Shown here piece by piece: positions 17,068 to 24,525 of a stretch of DNA of 33,901 bases (the stretch's first letter is position 1; each line of letters starts with the position of its first letter). The notes beneath the pieces were generated by a model, which searched no databases, was not told the DNA's origin, and saw nothing but the letters and a program-made list of their open reading frames with translations. The DNA is taken from assembly GCA_016180375.1 (NCBI GenBank), contig JACPBJ010000064.1, positions 1-33,901 of the forward strand, in the 5' to 3' direction. This DNA is from Nitrososphaerota archaeon (lineage in GTDB: Archaea > Thermoproteota > Nitrososphaeria > Nitrososphaerales > UBA57). Made by a program: the position numbers and the translations under genes.

Positions 17068-17394
17068 ATGGGAAGCGATGAAATAGTGGCGGAAGTCTGT
17101 AACAAGTGCGGCCTTCCCCTCGATCTATGCGTTTGCGAGGAACTAGAGAAGGAGGAAACTCGTATAGTAGTCAGACTTGAGATGAGAAGGTTCAGGAAGC
17201 CAACGACAATGATAGAAGGATTGAATCCGAAGAGAACAGACCTTGAGAAGATTGCCCATCAGTTGAAGAGTAAGCTTGCCTGTGGAGGCACAGCGAAAGA
17301 GGGCTACATTCTGCTTCAGGGAGATCATAGAGACAGGATCAAAGAGCATCTTATCGGACTGGGGTTCAGTGAATCGGCGATAGAGGTCCAATAA
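17068..17394 (+). CDS. sui1: Translation initiation factor aIF1 (SUI1)
   Basis: N-terminal CNKCG..C.C knuckle and SUI1 fold RKPTTMIEGL, LKSKLACGGT, ILLQGDHRDRIKEHL. Confidence 0.9.
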   Translation: MGSDEIVAEVCNKCGLPLDLCVCEELEKEETRIVVRLEMRRFRKPTTMIEGLNPKRTDLEKIAHQLKSKLACGGTAKEGYILLQGDHRDRIKEHLIGLGFSESAIEVQ

Positions 17395-17396
17395 CC

Positions 17397-17603
17397 ATGG
17401 CGGATTCCCAGCAAGGTGATAGTCGAAAAATCTCAGTAAGACATACTTTGGGAGGTTCTCCAAAATTCTGTCCGCATTGTCTTGGGAAGCTTGAAGTTGC
17501 AAGTTCCATAAGCGGATGGCTTATCCCAAGCGACTATTATTGCCCTAATTGCGGCTATCGAGGCCCAATTTCCTTTGAACGCGATAAATCTTTGGATGGT
17601 TAG
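17397..17603 (+). CDS. Small zinc-ribbon protein, hypothetical
   Basis: CPHC...CPNC pair. ATG lies 2 nt after the SUI1 stop, suggesting coupling. Confidence 0.5.
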   Translation: MADSQQGDSRKISVRHTLGGSPKFCPHCLGKLEVASSISGWLIPSDYYCPNCGYRGPISFERDKSLDG

Positions 17604-17643
17604 AGGATAAGGATAAGTGAAACGACTTACGGCTGAGATTTGA

Positions 17644-18645
17644 TTGGGCGAGGATAATAGCAGTCATAAGCTGGAAGACCTGCGCAAGAGTTTCTCAACG
17701 ACACTACTTGTGTTAATATTGATCTTTGCAGGGTTCCTGTTTCTATCATTTCCTTTGGGATCGTATGCCTTCTATAACGGTAATTTGAGCACAAGTTCTG
17801 CCGAGCCAATAATTCGCGATATTCCCGTATTCGTTGTGGGTCTTCCAATCGAGCTTCCTGCGAGGATGACCTTTAGCGACCTCTTCGCCGTGCTTTGGAT
17901 AATTCATTTGATCTTTTTTGTCATTGCAATAAATGGCCCGTATTCTTCGCTTTGGCAAGTTATCAAGAAGTTACCTAAAGGTGGGATAGTAAGGATGTAT
18001 GATAACGGTGTCACTTCCATGGTAGTTACTTTCACATCAGTCGCGTTGGTCACAAGCATAATCGAAAGGCTCCAGACAACGGTGGGTATAGCCTCTGGTT
18101 CGTTACCAGAAACAGATCCCATTCAGACCTTTACAGGAATCGCACTTGCGCCCTTAACGGAAGAGATAGGATTCAGAGTAAGCACCATAGGATTGATTGC
18201 ATTTACAATGCTCTTGGGAAGGTACCAATTGAGCTATGCGCTGAAAGCTTTCTGGCACCCCGGCAGATATCTGAACTATCCTTCAAACCGTGGGAATAGA
18301 AGCATGTATACAATCTATGCAGTTGCTATCATTTCTGGAATTCTCTTCGGTCTTGCGCATATTCTTTTTGGGGCAGGATGGCAGGTAGGAAAGTTCACGA
18401 CAAGTTCGATAGCGGGAATAATGCTAGGCATACTTTACATCAGAGTTGGGTTGCCGGCCGCAGTACTGATGCATTGGGCTTTCAACTATTTTAGAAGCTC
18501 TTACTACTATTTTGGACAGGTAATTGACGGCGTGATGGTTCAGCAAGGCATGGAAGTTTTACTTGTTGTCATCGGGGCAATGAGCCTTGGGTACGCAATA
18601 CTCACAAGAGCAACCACTAAATCATCTACTTTCGACGCTGGTTAG
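17644..18645 (+). CDS. CPBP (CAAX/Abi) family intramembrane metalloprotease
   Basis: Motifs EEIGFR, FGLAHI, HWAFNY in a polytopic membrane protein. Non-ATG start. Confidence 0.8.
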   Translation: MGEDNSSHKLEDLRKSFSTTLLVLILIFAGFLFLSFPLGSYAFYNGNLSTSSAEPIIRDIPVFVVGLPIELPARMTFSDLFAVLWIIHLIFFVIAINGPYSSLWQVIKKLPKGGIVRMYDNGVTSMVVTFTSVALVTSIIERLQTTVGIASGSLPETDPIQTFTGIALAPLTEEIGFRVSTIGLIAFTMLLGRYQLSYALKAFWHPGRYLNYPSNRGNRSMYTIYAVAIISGILFGLAHILFGAGWQVGKFTTSSIAGIMLGILYIRVGLPAAVLMHWAFNYFRSSYYYFGQVIDGVMVQQGMEVLLVVIGAMSLGYAILTRATTKSSTFDAG

Positions 18646-19102
18646 CTTGTGGTCTGAAGACTTGTAATTCTATGTTAGCTTCTTCCAGAAGCCTCCGCCC
18701 CAGATCGTCAGGATAATCGCCTCCAACAACGACCTTCCTGATCCCTGCATTGATTATCATCTTGGCGCAAATCGTGCAAGGAACATTGGTCGTATAGATG
18801 GTTGCCCCTTCCGTCCTCATTCCATGTAGTGCAGCTTGGGTAATGGAATTCTCTTCTGCATGACAACAGGCACATTTGTCAAGATCTTTGCCCCTCGGAT
18901 ACTCTTTTTCACTCGCATTACACCGAGCACAGCCCCCATCATCACAATTTCTTATACCTCGAGGAGTACCATTATAGCCCGTAGAGATTATCTGTTTGTC
19001 TCTGACAAGTATTGCCCCAACCTGTCTTCTGATACAACTCGATCTTGCCTTAACTGCGTGAGCGACATTCATGAAATATTCGTCCCATGGAGGTCTGACC
19101 AT
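18626..19102 (-). CDS. dCMP deaminase (ComEB/cytidylate deaminase family)
   Basis: WDEYFM, HAEENS, PCTICAKMI zinc motifs. ATG 19102 preferred. 3' ends of this gene and the CPBP gene overlap by 20 nt. Confidence 0.85.
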   Translation of the reverse strand: MVRPPWDEYFMNVAHAVKARSSCIRRQVGAILVRDKQIISTGYNGTPRGIRNCDDGGCARCNASEKEYPRGKDLDKCACCHAEENSITQAALHGMRTEGATIYTTNVPCTICAKMIINAGIRKVVVGGDYPDDLGRRLLEEANIELQVFRPQANQRRK

Positions 19103-19222
19103 CTTCTCGATCAATCTGGTTAGCCATCATGCGCTCAAATATATAATCGAACCGACAGGAGGTTCTGGTAACTCTACGGCTAAGCAACGCATAGCTAATT
19201 ACCATTTATTCCCATGTTTTGA

Positions 19223-19275
19223 GTTTATATTGCAAACAAGGGAAAAATTTCTACACACAGGCTTAACACACCCTC
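19223..19275 (+). repeat. Possible sixth, degenerate copy of module a (copy F)
   Basis: GTTTATATTGCA shares an 11-mer TTTATATTGCA with copy C, and ATTTCTACACACAGG resembles ATTTTACACAGGGG of copy D. The rest is diverged. Confidence 0.25.
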
Positions 19276-19304
19276 GAAGGTTATCTGAACACCCAGTTTC
19301 AAAA

Positions 19305-19312
19305 TTTATATA
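19305..19312 (+). promoter_or_regulatory. TATA box (TTTATATA) for the L12/P1 gene
   Basis: 42 nt from TATA start to ATG 19347, the same geometry as secE (41 nt) and apgM (37 nt). Confidence 0.5.
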
Positions 19313-19346
19313 GGCTTCAAGTAATTCGATTCGATTGGTAAATAGT

Positions 19347-19643
19347 ATGGAATATGTTTACGCTGCTTTGCTTCTGCACAAGCTGGCGAAGCCAATTAAC
19401 GAGGATGGTATTAAGAAGGTAATCTCTGCCACAGGAGCAACGCCGGATGACGTCAAGGTCAAGGCGTTAGTCTCGGCTCTTGGGGAGGTCAATATTGACG
19501 AGGCTCTGAAGAGCGCTACTGTAGCACCTGTTGCTACACCTGCTGCTGCTGCTCCAGCTGCCGCAGAAGCTAAGAAAGAGGAAGCTAAAGAAGAGAAACC
19601 TGCCGAAGAGGCACTCGAAGGATTATCAAGCCTATTCGGTTAG
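19347..19643 (+). CDS. rpl12: Ribosomal stalk protein P1 (aL12)
   Basis: [11 protein letters not shown], Ala/Pro hinge, charged region and C-terminal [12 protein letters not shown]. Confidence 0.9.
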   Translation: MEYVYAALLLHKLAKPINEDGIKKVISATGATPDDVKVKALVSALGEVNIDEALKSATVAPVATPAAAAPAAAEAKKEEAKEEKPAEEALEGLSSLFG

Positions 19644-19651
19644 ACTAAACT

Positions 19652-19683
19652 CCCAGCACATCTGGGGGACCTCATTTTCCTTT
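19652..19683 (+). terminator. Hairpin CCCAG-cacat-CTGGG followed by a T-rich tract, just after the L12 stop
   Basis: Seen directly, 8 nt after stop codon 19641-19643. Confidence 0.35.
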
Positions 19684-19842
19684 AAGCTTGCGGTAAGTAA
19701 TAGAAGTTCAAGTGTAAGAGATTTTTGTGCCTTATACGGTAGAATCCAGATTAGACCATACTGAGCTACGGTGGCTCACCCAAGCGCCATACGGTTGCAG
19801 TTTAGGCATTTTCTGAAATTTTCAGAAGGCAGATTTCATACG

Positions 19843-19979
19843 CTTTATATGGTATTCCCCAGTCTATTTTTGTGCAGGGGCGTGCCCTGTCCTCTTTACA
19901 GGGGGTGTTATGCGCGCACATATACTATACAACATAATTACAAACTCTAAGAGTAGCTTACTCTAGCAGTAAGTTACTC
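19843..19979 (+). repeat. Intergenic repeat family, copy B (modules a-b-d), free-standing between convergent genes
   Basis: CTTTATAT-N23-GCAGGGGCGTGCC (19843-19886). CCCTGTCCTCTTTACAGGGGG (19885-19905). A 12-bp hairpin GAGTAGCTTACT-ctagc-AGTAAGTTACTC (19951-19979) lies 14 nt beyond the L10 stop. Confidence 0.6.
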
Positions 19980-19992
19980 AAAGGATCGCATA

Positions 19993-20862
19993 CTATGACT
20001 GGTAGCCTTTCTTCTTTGCCAGATTCAATATGGCTTTGGCTTTTGCTTCGCTATCCGCAATAACTGCAGTCGCAGTATCCTTGGATATGTAACCTGCAGA
20101 TACCGCTAATGCCTTTGCATTTCTGAAACCTTTTGCGATTATAAGAGGTGTGCTCTCCTTGGTCAAATATACCTGCTGCACAGCAATGCCAAGCGCTGCT
20201 GCGAATGAATTCTTCAGTTCGTTCAGGTATGATTCGGGATCTATAGCAATGTCTTTTTCTCTGAATAATAGTCCATCCATGTATGCAATGTTTACCGAGA
20301 TTCCTGCCTTAATCGGCTTGAGACCGAGTCTTGAAAGTAGACCAGCAAGTGGTGCAGAAATCACATCTCCAGCTTTGGCTACTACAGTATCTTTGTTGAC
20401 GAATATACTGCCGCTTTCGATCTTTGTCGCCACCTTAGCCCCTTTGAACTCGCTGAGCACAGGACCAGGAGGAATTCCCGTATTGCCAGCCGGAATCACG
20501 ATTTCCTCAGTAGCAATATCACCTGCTCTTGCAGGCAAACTTACCCTGCCTTTCTGCAAGATAAGATAGAGCTTGAAGGGATTCATGTCGGTGAGAATTA
20601 GCACGTTTTGCCCTTTGAGCTCCTTCAACAACGCATCAGCATTCGGAAGATTCATCTTCGATAGAGCAATGTTTGTAAGCGTGTTCTTTGCAACTATGAT
20701 ATCGAGTTGATTCCTGAAGGACTTTTTCAAGCCCATAATTTGAGCAGCTCTAACCTTACCTATTCCGGCAACGGCTATGACTTTGCGCTTCTTCGCTAAA
20801 GCAGCGACGCGTTCTATTGCCTGCACTTTCTTGGGCTTGTACACCCTTTCAGTAACTTGCAA
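19993..20862 (-). CDS. rpl10: Ribosomal stalk protein P0 (uL10)
   Basis: N-terminal L10 fold. TTG start 1 nt after the L1 stop. Lacks the long acidic tail in this ORF. Confidence 0.9.
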   Translation of the reverse strand: MQVTERVYKPKKVQAIERVAALAKKRKVIAVAGIGKVRAAQIMGLKKSFRNQLDIIVAKNTLTNIALSKMNLPNADALLKELKGQNVLILTDMNPFKLYLILQKGRVSLPARAGDIATEEIVIPAGNTGIPPGPVLSEFKGAKVATKIESGSIFVNKDTVVAKAGDVISAPLAGLLSRLGLKPIKAGISVNIAYMDGLLFREKDIAIDPESYLNELKNSFAAALGIAVQQVYLTKESTPLIIAKGFRNAKALAVSAGYISKDTATAVIADSEAKAKAILNLAKKKGYQS

Positions 20863-20863
20863 A

Positions 20864-21529
20864 CTACTTTGCCTCCGTCACCAGCATCTTGCTTGGCTTG
20901 GACATAGTAAGTTTTACCAATACTGACCTGATATTCCCTTGACCCCTCGGTAGTTTCTTCTCAAGAGCGCTAACTACTGCAAGGCCATTTTCTGCAATCT
21001 TTGCATCGGGCATGCTTTCTTCCCCGATTTTTGCTCCAAAGGATAGCTGCTGTCTTCCTCTAACCCTAGTTGCCGTCTTGTATCTCGCAATCATGCTGTC
21101 TATCGGTGCATTCGGGGGAACTGGAGAGGGCATCTTTCCTTTAGGTCCCAAGGTCTGGCCTAATGACTTGCCTATCTTTGCCATCAAAGCAGTCTCGGAA
21201 AGGAAAAAGTCGTATGTTCTTGTAATCTTCTTTGACGCACGCTTATTCGTAGCAAGCCTATCTATTTCATCTGCCCCAATAACTTTGTCCGCCTTCGCTC
21301 GTTCAGCCCTCAAAGCCAAGTCTGCAGTAGCAAAAACACAGACCTTAGCTAGCTTGCTTGGAGGGTTTGGAAGGAATACAACCTCGTTCACGTTCAAATC
21401 CTGCTTCTTGGCATCGATGTCTTTAAGCGTGCAGATTAGCTCGAACGATTGAGAAAATTTCTTCTTTTCACTAGAGTTACGCGCTTTGCTTATCAATTCT
21501 GTGATATTTGTAGTGGTAATCAATTCCAA
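20864..21529 (-). CDS. rpl1: Ribosomal protein uL1
   Basis: FSQSFELICTLKDID, GKSLGQTLGPKGKMP typical of L1. Only a TTG start is available. Confidence 0.9.
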   Translation of the reverse strand: MELITTTNITELISKARNSSEKKKFSQSFELICTLKDIDAKKQDLNVNEVVFLPNPPSKLAKVCVFATADLALRAERAKADKVIGADEIDRLATNKRASKKITRTYDFFLSETALMAKIGKSLGQTLGPKGKMPSPVPPNAPIDSMIARYKTATRVRGRQQLSFGAKIGEESMPDAKIAENGLAVVSALEKKLPRGQGNIRSVLVKLTMSKPSKMLVTEAK

Positions 21530-21588
21530 ACAGCCCTATCGAATCCGTTTTCTCTATCTATTTTCCTTATTTTATAAATCTTGAATGG

Positions 21589-22074
21589 TTAGTCACTTAA
21601 AGCTTTATCCCACGTTCCTTCGTCCATCTGCTTCAATATCTCCCTAGGATCCTGGCCTTCGACCTTCACACCCATGCTGACACATGTACCTACAACTTCT
21701 TTTGCACCAGATCTTTTTGAGACCGCGTACGACTGTTCACTCTTGGCCTTTGCAATCTTTACGACTTGTGTCATGGTAAGATTTCCTGCAAGGTTTGCCT
21801 TTGGGGTCCCTGAACCCTTTGGAATTCTAGCTTCTTTGACTATAAGCGCGGCAGCCGTAGGGACACCGACTTCTACGGTAAATTGCTTTGTTGACGTATC
21901 GACGTTTATCTTAACCGGAACCCTCATCCCTGCATAATCCTTTGTTTTTTCATTGATATCTTTGACAATCATCATTACGTTTACGCCTAGAGGGCCCAAA
22001 GCCGGTCCTAGCGGAGGACCCGCATTTGCTTCTCCTCCAACTACAAGTGCCGATACTGCCTTCTGCTCGCCCAT
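21589..22074 (-). CDS. rpl11: Ribosomal protein uL11
   Basis: GGEANAGPPLGPALGPLGVN. The ATG overlaps the spt5 stop (TAATG). Confidence 0.95.
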   Translation of the reverse strand: MGEQKAVSALVVGGEANAGPPLGPALGPLGVNVMMIVKDINEKTKDYAGMRVPVKINVDTSTKQFTVEVGVPTAAALIVKEARIPKGSGTPKANLAGNLTMTQVVKIAKAKSEQSYAVSKRSGAKEVVGTCVSMGVKVEGQDPREILKQMDEGTWDKALSD

Positions 22075-22541
22075 TACGCCTTCGCCTTGGCCTTCTCTAC
22101 CAGCCTTAGATAGTTTGCGTCCGTAGTTACAGGCATCTGGTATGGGGCATCTAGCAGCACGAAAGTTGCCTCGTTTCGCTCAATCCTGTTGATTTTTGCG
22201 CGCATGCCTTTGAACGGACCCGATGTTACCTCCACTATATCATCCGCGCCCAGTTCCTGAGCCGCTGGCCTAGTAACTAAGAACTTCTGAATGTCTTCAA
22301 ACTGTATCATGCCAGGAATCTGGCTCTTGACGTGCTTGAAGCCTACTATAGCGTCGCCTACTGCTTGGGCATTTGGCGCCTCAAAATATACGTATCCCTT
22401 GTGTCCTTCAAGAACCAGTATTGCGTAGATGCTCTTCCCTTTCATCTGGGCCCTTGTACCTACAAAGTTCGCTACGGTCTTTTCTTGACCGCCTGTGGTC
22501 TTGACCGCATAAATCCTGCTCGGAGGAACCAATTCGCTCAT
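22074..22541 (-). CDS. spt5: Transcription elongation factor Spt5 (NusG)
   Basis: NGN domain (IYAVKTTGGQEK) and KOW motif (DIVEVTSGPFKGMRAKI). Confidence 0.9.
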   Translation of the reverse strand: MSELVPPSRIYAVKTTGGQEKTVANFVGTRAQMKGKSIYAILVLEGHKGYVYFEAPNAQAVGDAIVGFKHVKSQIPGMIQFEDIQKFLVTRPAAQELGADDIVEVTSGPFKGMRAKINRIERNEATFVLLDAPYQMPVTTDANYLRLVEKAKAKA

Positions 22542-22547
22542 ACAAAT

Positions 22548-22724
22548 CTAACCCTGAAGCCTAAGAAGAGAGCCTATTAGTTGCACAATATAGCCTATGG
22601 TTCCCACTACAGCAATCCCAAGCATTGTGAGCTTCATGTAGAGGTAAAACTCCTCTCTGTCGGACTTGTGCGCAAGTTTGAGCGTATTGATGCTGGCGCG
22701 CACGAAATTCCCTATGTCTACCAT
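22548..22724 (-). CDS. secE: Preprotein translocase subunit SecE (Sec61 gamma)
   Basis: Not in the ORF track (58 aa). My translation is MVDIGNFVRASINTLKLAHKSDREEFYLYMKLTMLGIAVVGTIGYIVQLIGSLLRLQG. It shows the K.(S/P)..EF...K....G....G.IGY pattern and the canonical position upstream of spt5-L11. Confidence 0.75.
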   Translation of the reverse strand: MVDIGNFVRASINTLKLAHKSDREEFYLYMKLTMLGIAVVGTIGYIVQLIGSLLRLQG

Positions 22725-22757
22725 TTCCTGTAATCCACAACTCTGAAAACTACCATC

Positions 22758-22765
22758 AATATATC
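22758..22765 (-). promoter_or_regulatory. TATA box (GATATATT on the minus strand) for the secE-spt5-L11-L1-L10 operon
   Basis: 41 nt from TATA start to the secE ATG at 22724. Confidence 0.45.
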
Positions 22766-22968
22766 CTTTGCAGAAAGCATTTGCTTCTCAATTCTTCCAT
22801 TGGGTTGCCACTTTCTTGCTTTTCGTGCGCATCTTCTTCCTAACTGACTTCCAAGACATTGCTTTGGCCTCTGCCGAGCCCGTGAGCAGGTATTATTTAT
22901 GCACGTAAAATCAGTGCTAGTTGACCATTTGATATCATTCACTTTAACATTCTCGAGTTCTACCTACC

Positions 22969-23019
22969 TGCAATAACGCGCCCGTGCATGCAAACTATAC
23001 GGGGAGAGTCGCATGAGGC
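22969..23019. repeat. Intergenic repeat family, copy E (module b plus GC-rich core; orientation ambiguous)
   Basis: CTATACGGGGAG (22995-23006) is identical to the 12-mer in copy A on the same strand. On the reverse strand CTCCCCGTATAG..CATGCACGGGCGCG parallels the A order (CATGCACG 8-mer shared). Confidence 0.45.
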
Positions 23020-23228
23020 AAGAAAATAATGGGCACATTAATGAGGTGATTGTTAAGCCTATGATTAAGATAGAAAAGGCCTTTCAAAACTGCTGCTTAT
23101 CATTTTCTAGTTTGGAAGTTAAGAGCCAAGAAAAATTGTAACCTTAGATGGCTCTGTAAGATGCAATAGCCAGTCTTTTTGCCGCTCGATTGTTTCATTA
23201 TGATTAACAAATACAATTGATTATACGC

Positions 23229-23236
23229 TTTTAAAG
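23229..23236 (+). promoter_or_regulatory. TATA box (TTTTAAAG) for apgM
   Basis: 37 nt upstream of the TTG start at 23266. Confidence 0.4.
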
Positions 23237-23265
23237 GAAGTCACTTCGAGAATTGTTCATCCGCA

Positions 23266-24525
23266 TTGAAGAAACTGGTTTACATACTGCTCGATGGAGT
23301 CGGCGACAGACCCGACCCGACTCTAAACTACGTTACCCCTCTGCAAGCAGCAAGAACACCTGCACTTGATAAATTGGCAAGAAATGGGAAGAGCGGGTTA
23401 GTCTACACTGTCAGAAAGGGCATTGCGCCAGAGTCTGATATTGGCGTATTTTGCATGCTGGGTTATGATTTTACAAAGAGTTACATGGGAAGAGGCGTAG
23501 TAGAATCGATTGGAGCAGGGCTGAAGTTTGAGGATGGCCACCTTGCGCTTAGAGGGAACTTTGCGACTCTAGGAAAGAAGAATAAGATAATTGACCGGAG
23601 AGCAGGCAGAAATCTTAGCGCCGAAGAAGCGAAAGAGCTGAGCCAAGCGATTTTGGATAAAGTCCAGCTTTCGAACAATGCAATGATACAATTCACTTCA
23701 ACAGTTGGGCACAGATGCGTTCTTGTTATTTCGGTAAATGGCAAGAAAGTTTCTGCAAACATTACGAATACAGACCCCGCTTACGAACGAGTTCACGGGA
23801 TAGGGGCTGCAGTTAGCGGAGATGTCAAATTCGCTCTTTCGAAATGCGCAGCACTTGACAGGAAGCCTAGCAGCAAGCTAGCAGCTGAGTTAGTAAACGA
23901 ATTCACCGGGAAATCATGCAAGGTTCTTGCTGAACATCCGGTCAACGCAAGGAGAGAGAAAGAGGGAAGGAAACCTGCCAATGTTGTGTTGCTTAGGGAT
24001 GCAGGGGACTCTCTCCTTCAGCCCGAGAGCATGGAGCAGAAGTATGGCCTGAAGTTCGCCTGCCTTCTTGACATGCCTGTGGAGAAAGGTATAGCTAGAC
24101 TGACCAAGATGGACGAATTCTCTGGTGGCTCAACTACCGATTACGAATACAAGGCAAAGACGACCCGAAACCTCCTGAAGGATTATGATGCTGTGTACGT
24201 TCACATTAAGACTACGGACGAGCCGGGACACGATGGCGATGCCAAGCTGAAAACGAAAGCAATAGAGGAAATTGATAGCAAGTTTCTCTCTCCCCTGATT
24301 AATAGTGTCGACCTTGACAAGGTCGCTTTCATAATTTCCGCAGATCATGCAACTCCATGCATAATGAAGGGGCACAGCGACGACCCTGTACCTGTTCTTG
24401 TGTCTTCCAAAGGAATCAAGAGCGACGGAGCGTGTCGGTACACAGAGAAGGAAGCAAAGAATGGCAGTCTTGGCACCATGAAGGGAGTTGATGTTTTGAA
24501 GACCGCCCTCCGTATTATTTCCTGA
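23266..24525 (+). CDS. apgM: 2,3-bisphosphoglycerate-independent phosphoglycerate mutase, archaeal type (ApgM)
   Basis: LDGVGDRP, TDEPGHDGD, SADHATP metal-binding motifs. TTG start. Confidence 0.9.
   Translation: MKKLVYILLDGVGDRPDPTLNYVTPLQAARTPALDKLARNGKSGLVYTVRKGIAPESDIGVFCMLGYDFTKSYMGRGVVESIGAGLKFEDGHLALRGNFATLGKKNKIIDRRAGRNLSAEEAKELSQAILDKVQLSNNAMIQFTSTVGHRCVLVISVNGKKVSANITNTDPAYERVHGIGAAVSGDVKFALSKCAALDRKPSSKLAAELVNEFTGKSCKVLAEHPVNARREKEGRKPANVVLLRDAGDSLLQPESMEQKYGLKFACLLDMPVEKGIARLTKMDEFSGGSTTDYEYKAKTTRNLLKDYDAVYVHIKTTDEPGHDGDAKLKTKAIEEIDSKFLSPLINSVDLDKVAFIISADHATPCIMKGHSDDPVPVLVSSKGIKSDGACRYTEKEAKNGSLGTMKGVDVLKTALRIIS

Noticed and set aside
19755-19775. tRNA-like 5' half on the minus strand: GCCACCGTAGCTCAGTATGGT (acceptor-like 7-mer, TA, GCTC D-stem, AGTATGGT D-loop)
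   Set aside because: The sequence does not continue as a tRNA. There is no GAGC to close the D-stem, no anticodon arm and no GTTC(G/A)A T-loop anywhere in the spacer, and I could not build an intron or split-gene solution. It may be a tRNA remnant or chance similarity. I mention it only as context for the L12 rearrangement.
20150-21452. Long antisense ORFs inside ribosomal protein genes (20150-20569, 21012-21452). Similar cases lie inside other strongly supported genes: 710-1150, 6729-7148, 9075-9422, 24130-24534, 25094-25456, 31983-32324.
   Set aside because: Each is fully shadowed by a strongly supported gene on the opposite strand. They are low-complexity or Ser/Leu/Cys-rich, as expected for antisense frames, and carry no motifs.
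22718-22942. 74-aa minus-strand ORF from the track (MNDIKWSTSTDF...)
   Set aside because: It runs through the secE TATA box and overlaps the secE start. It has no recognisable motif, and its basic composition follows from the purine-rich spacer. Judged spurious.
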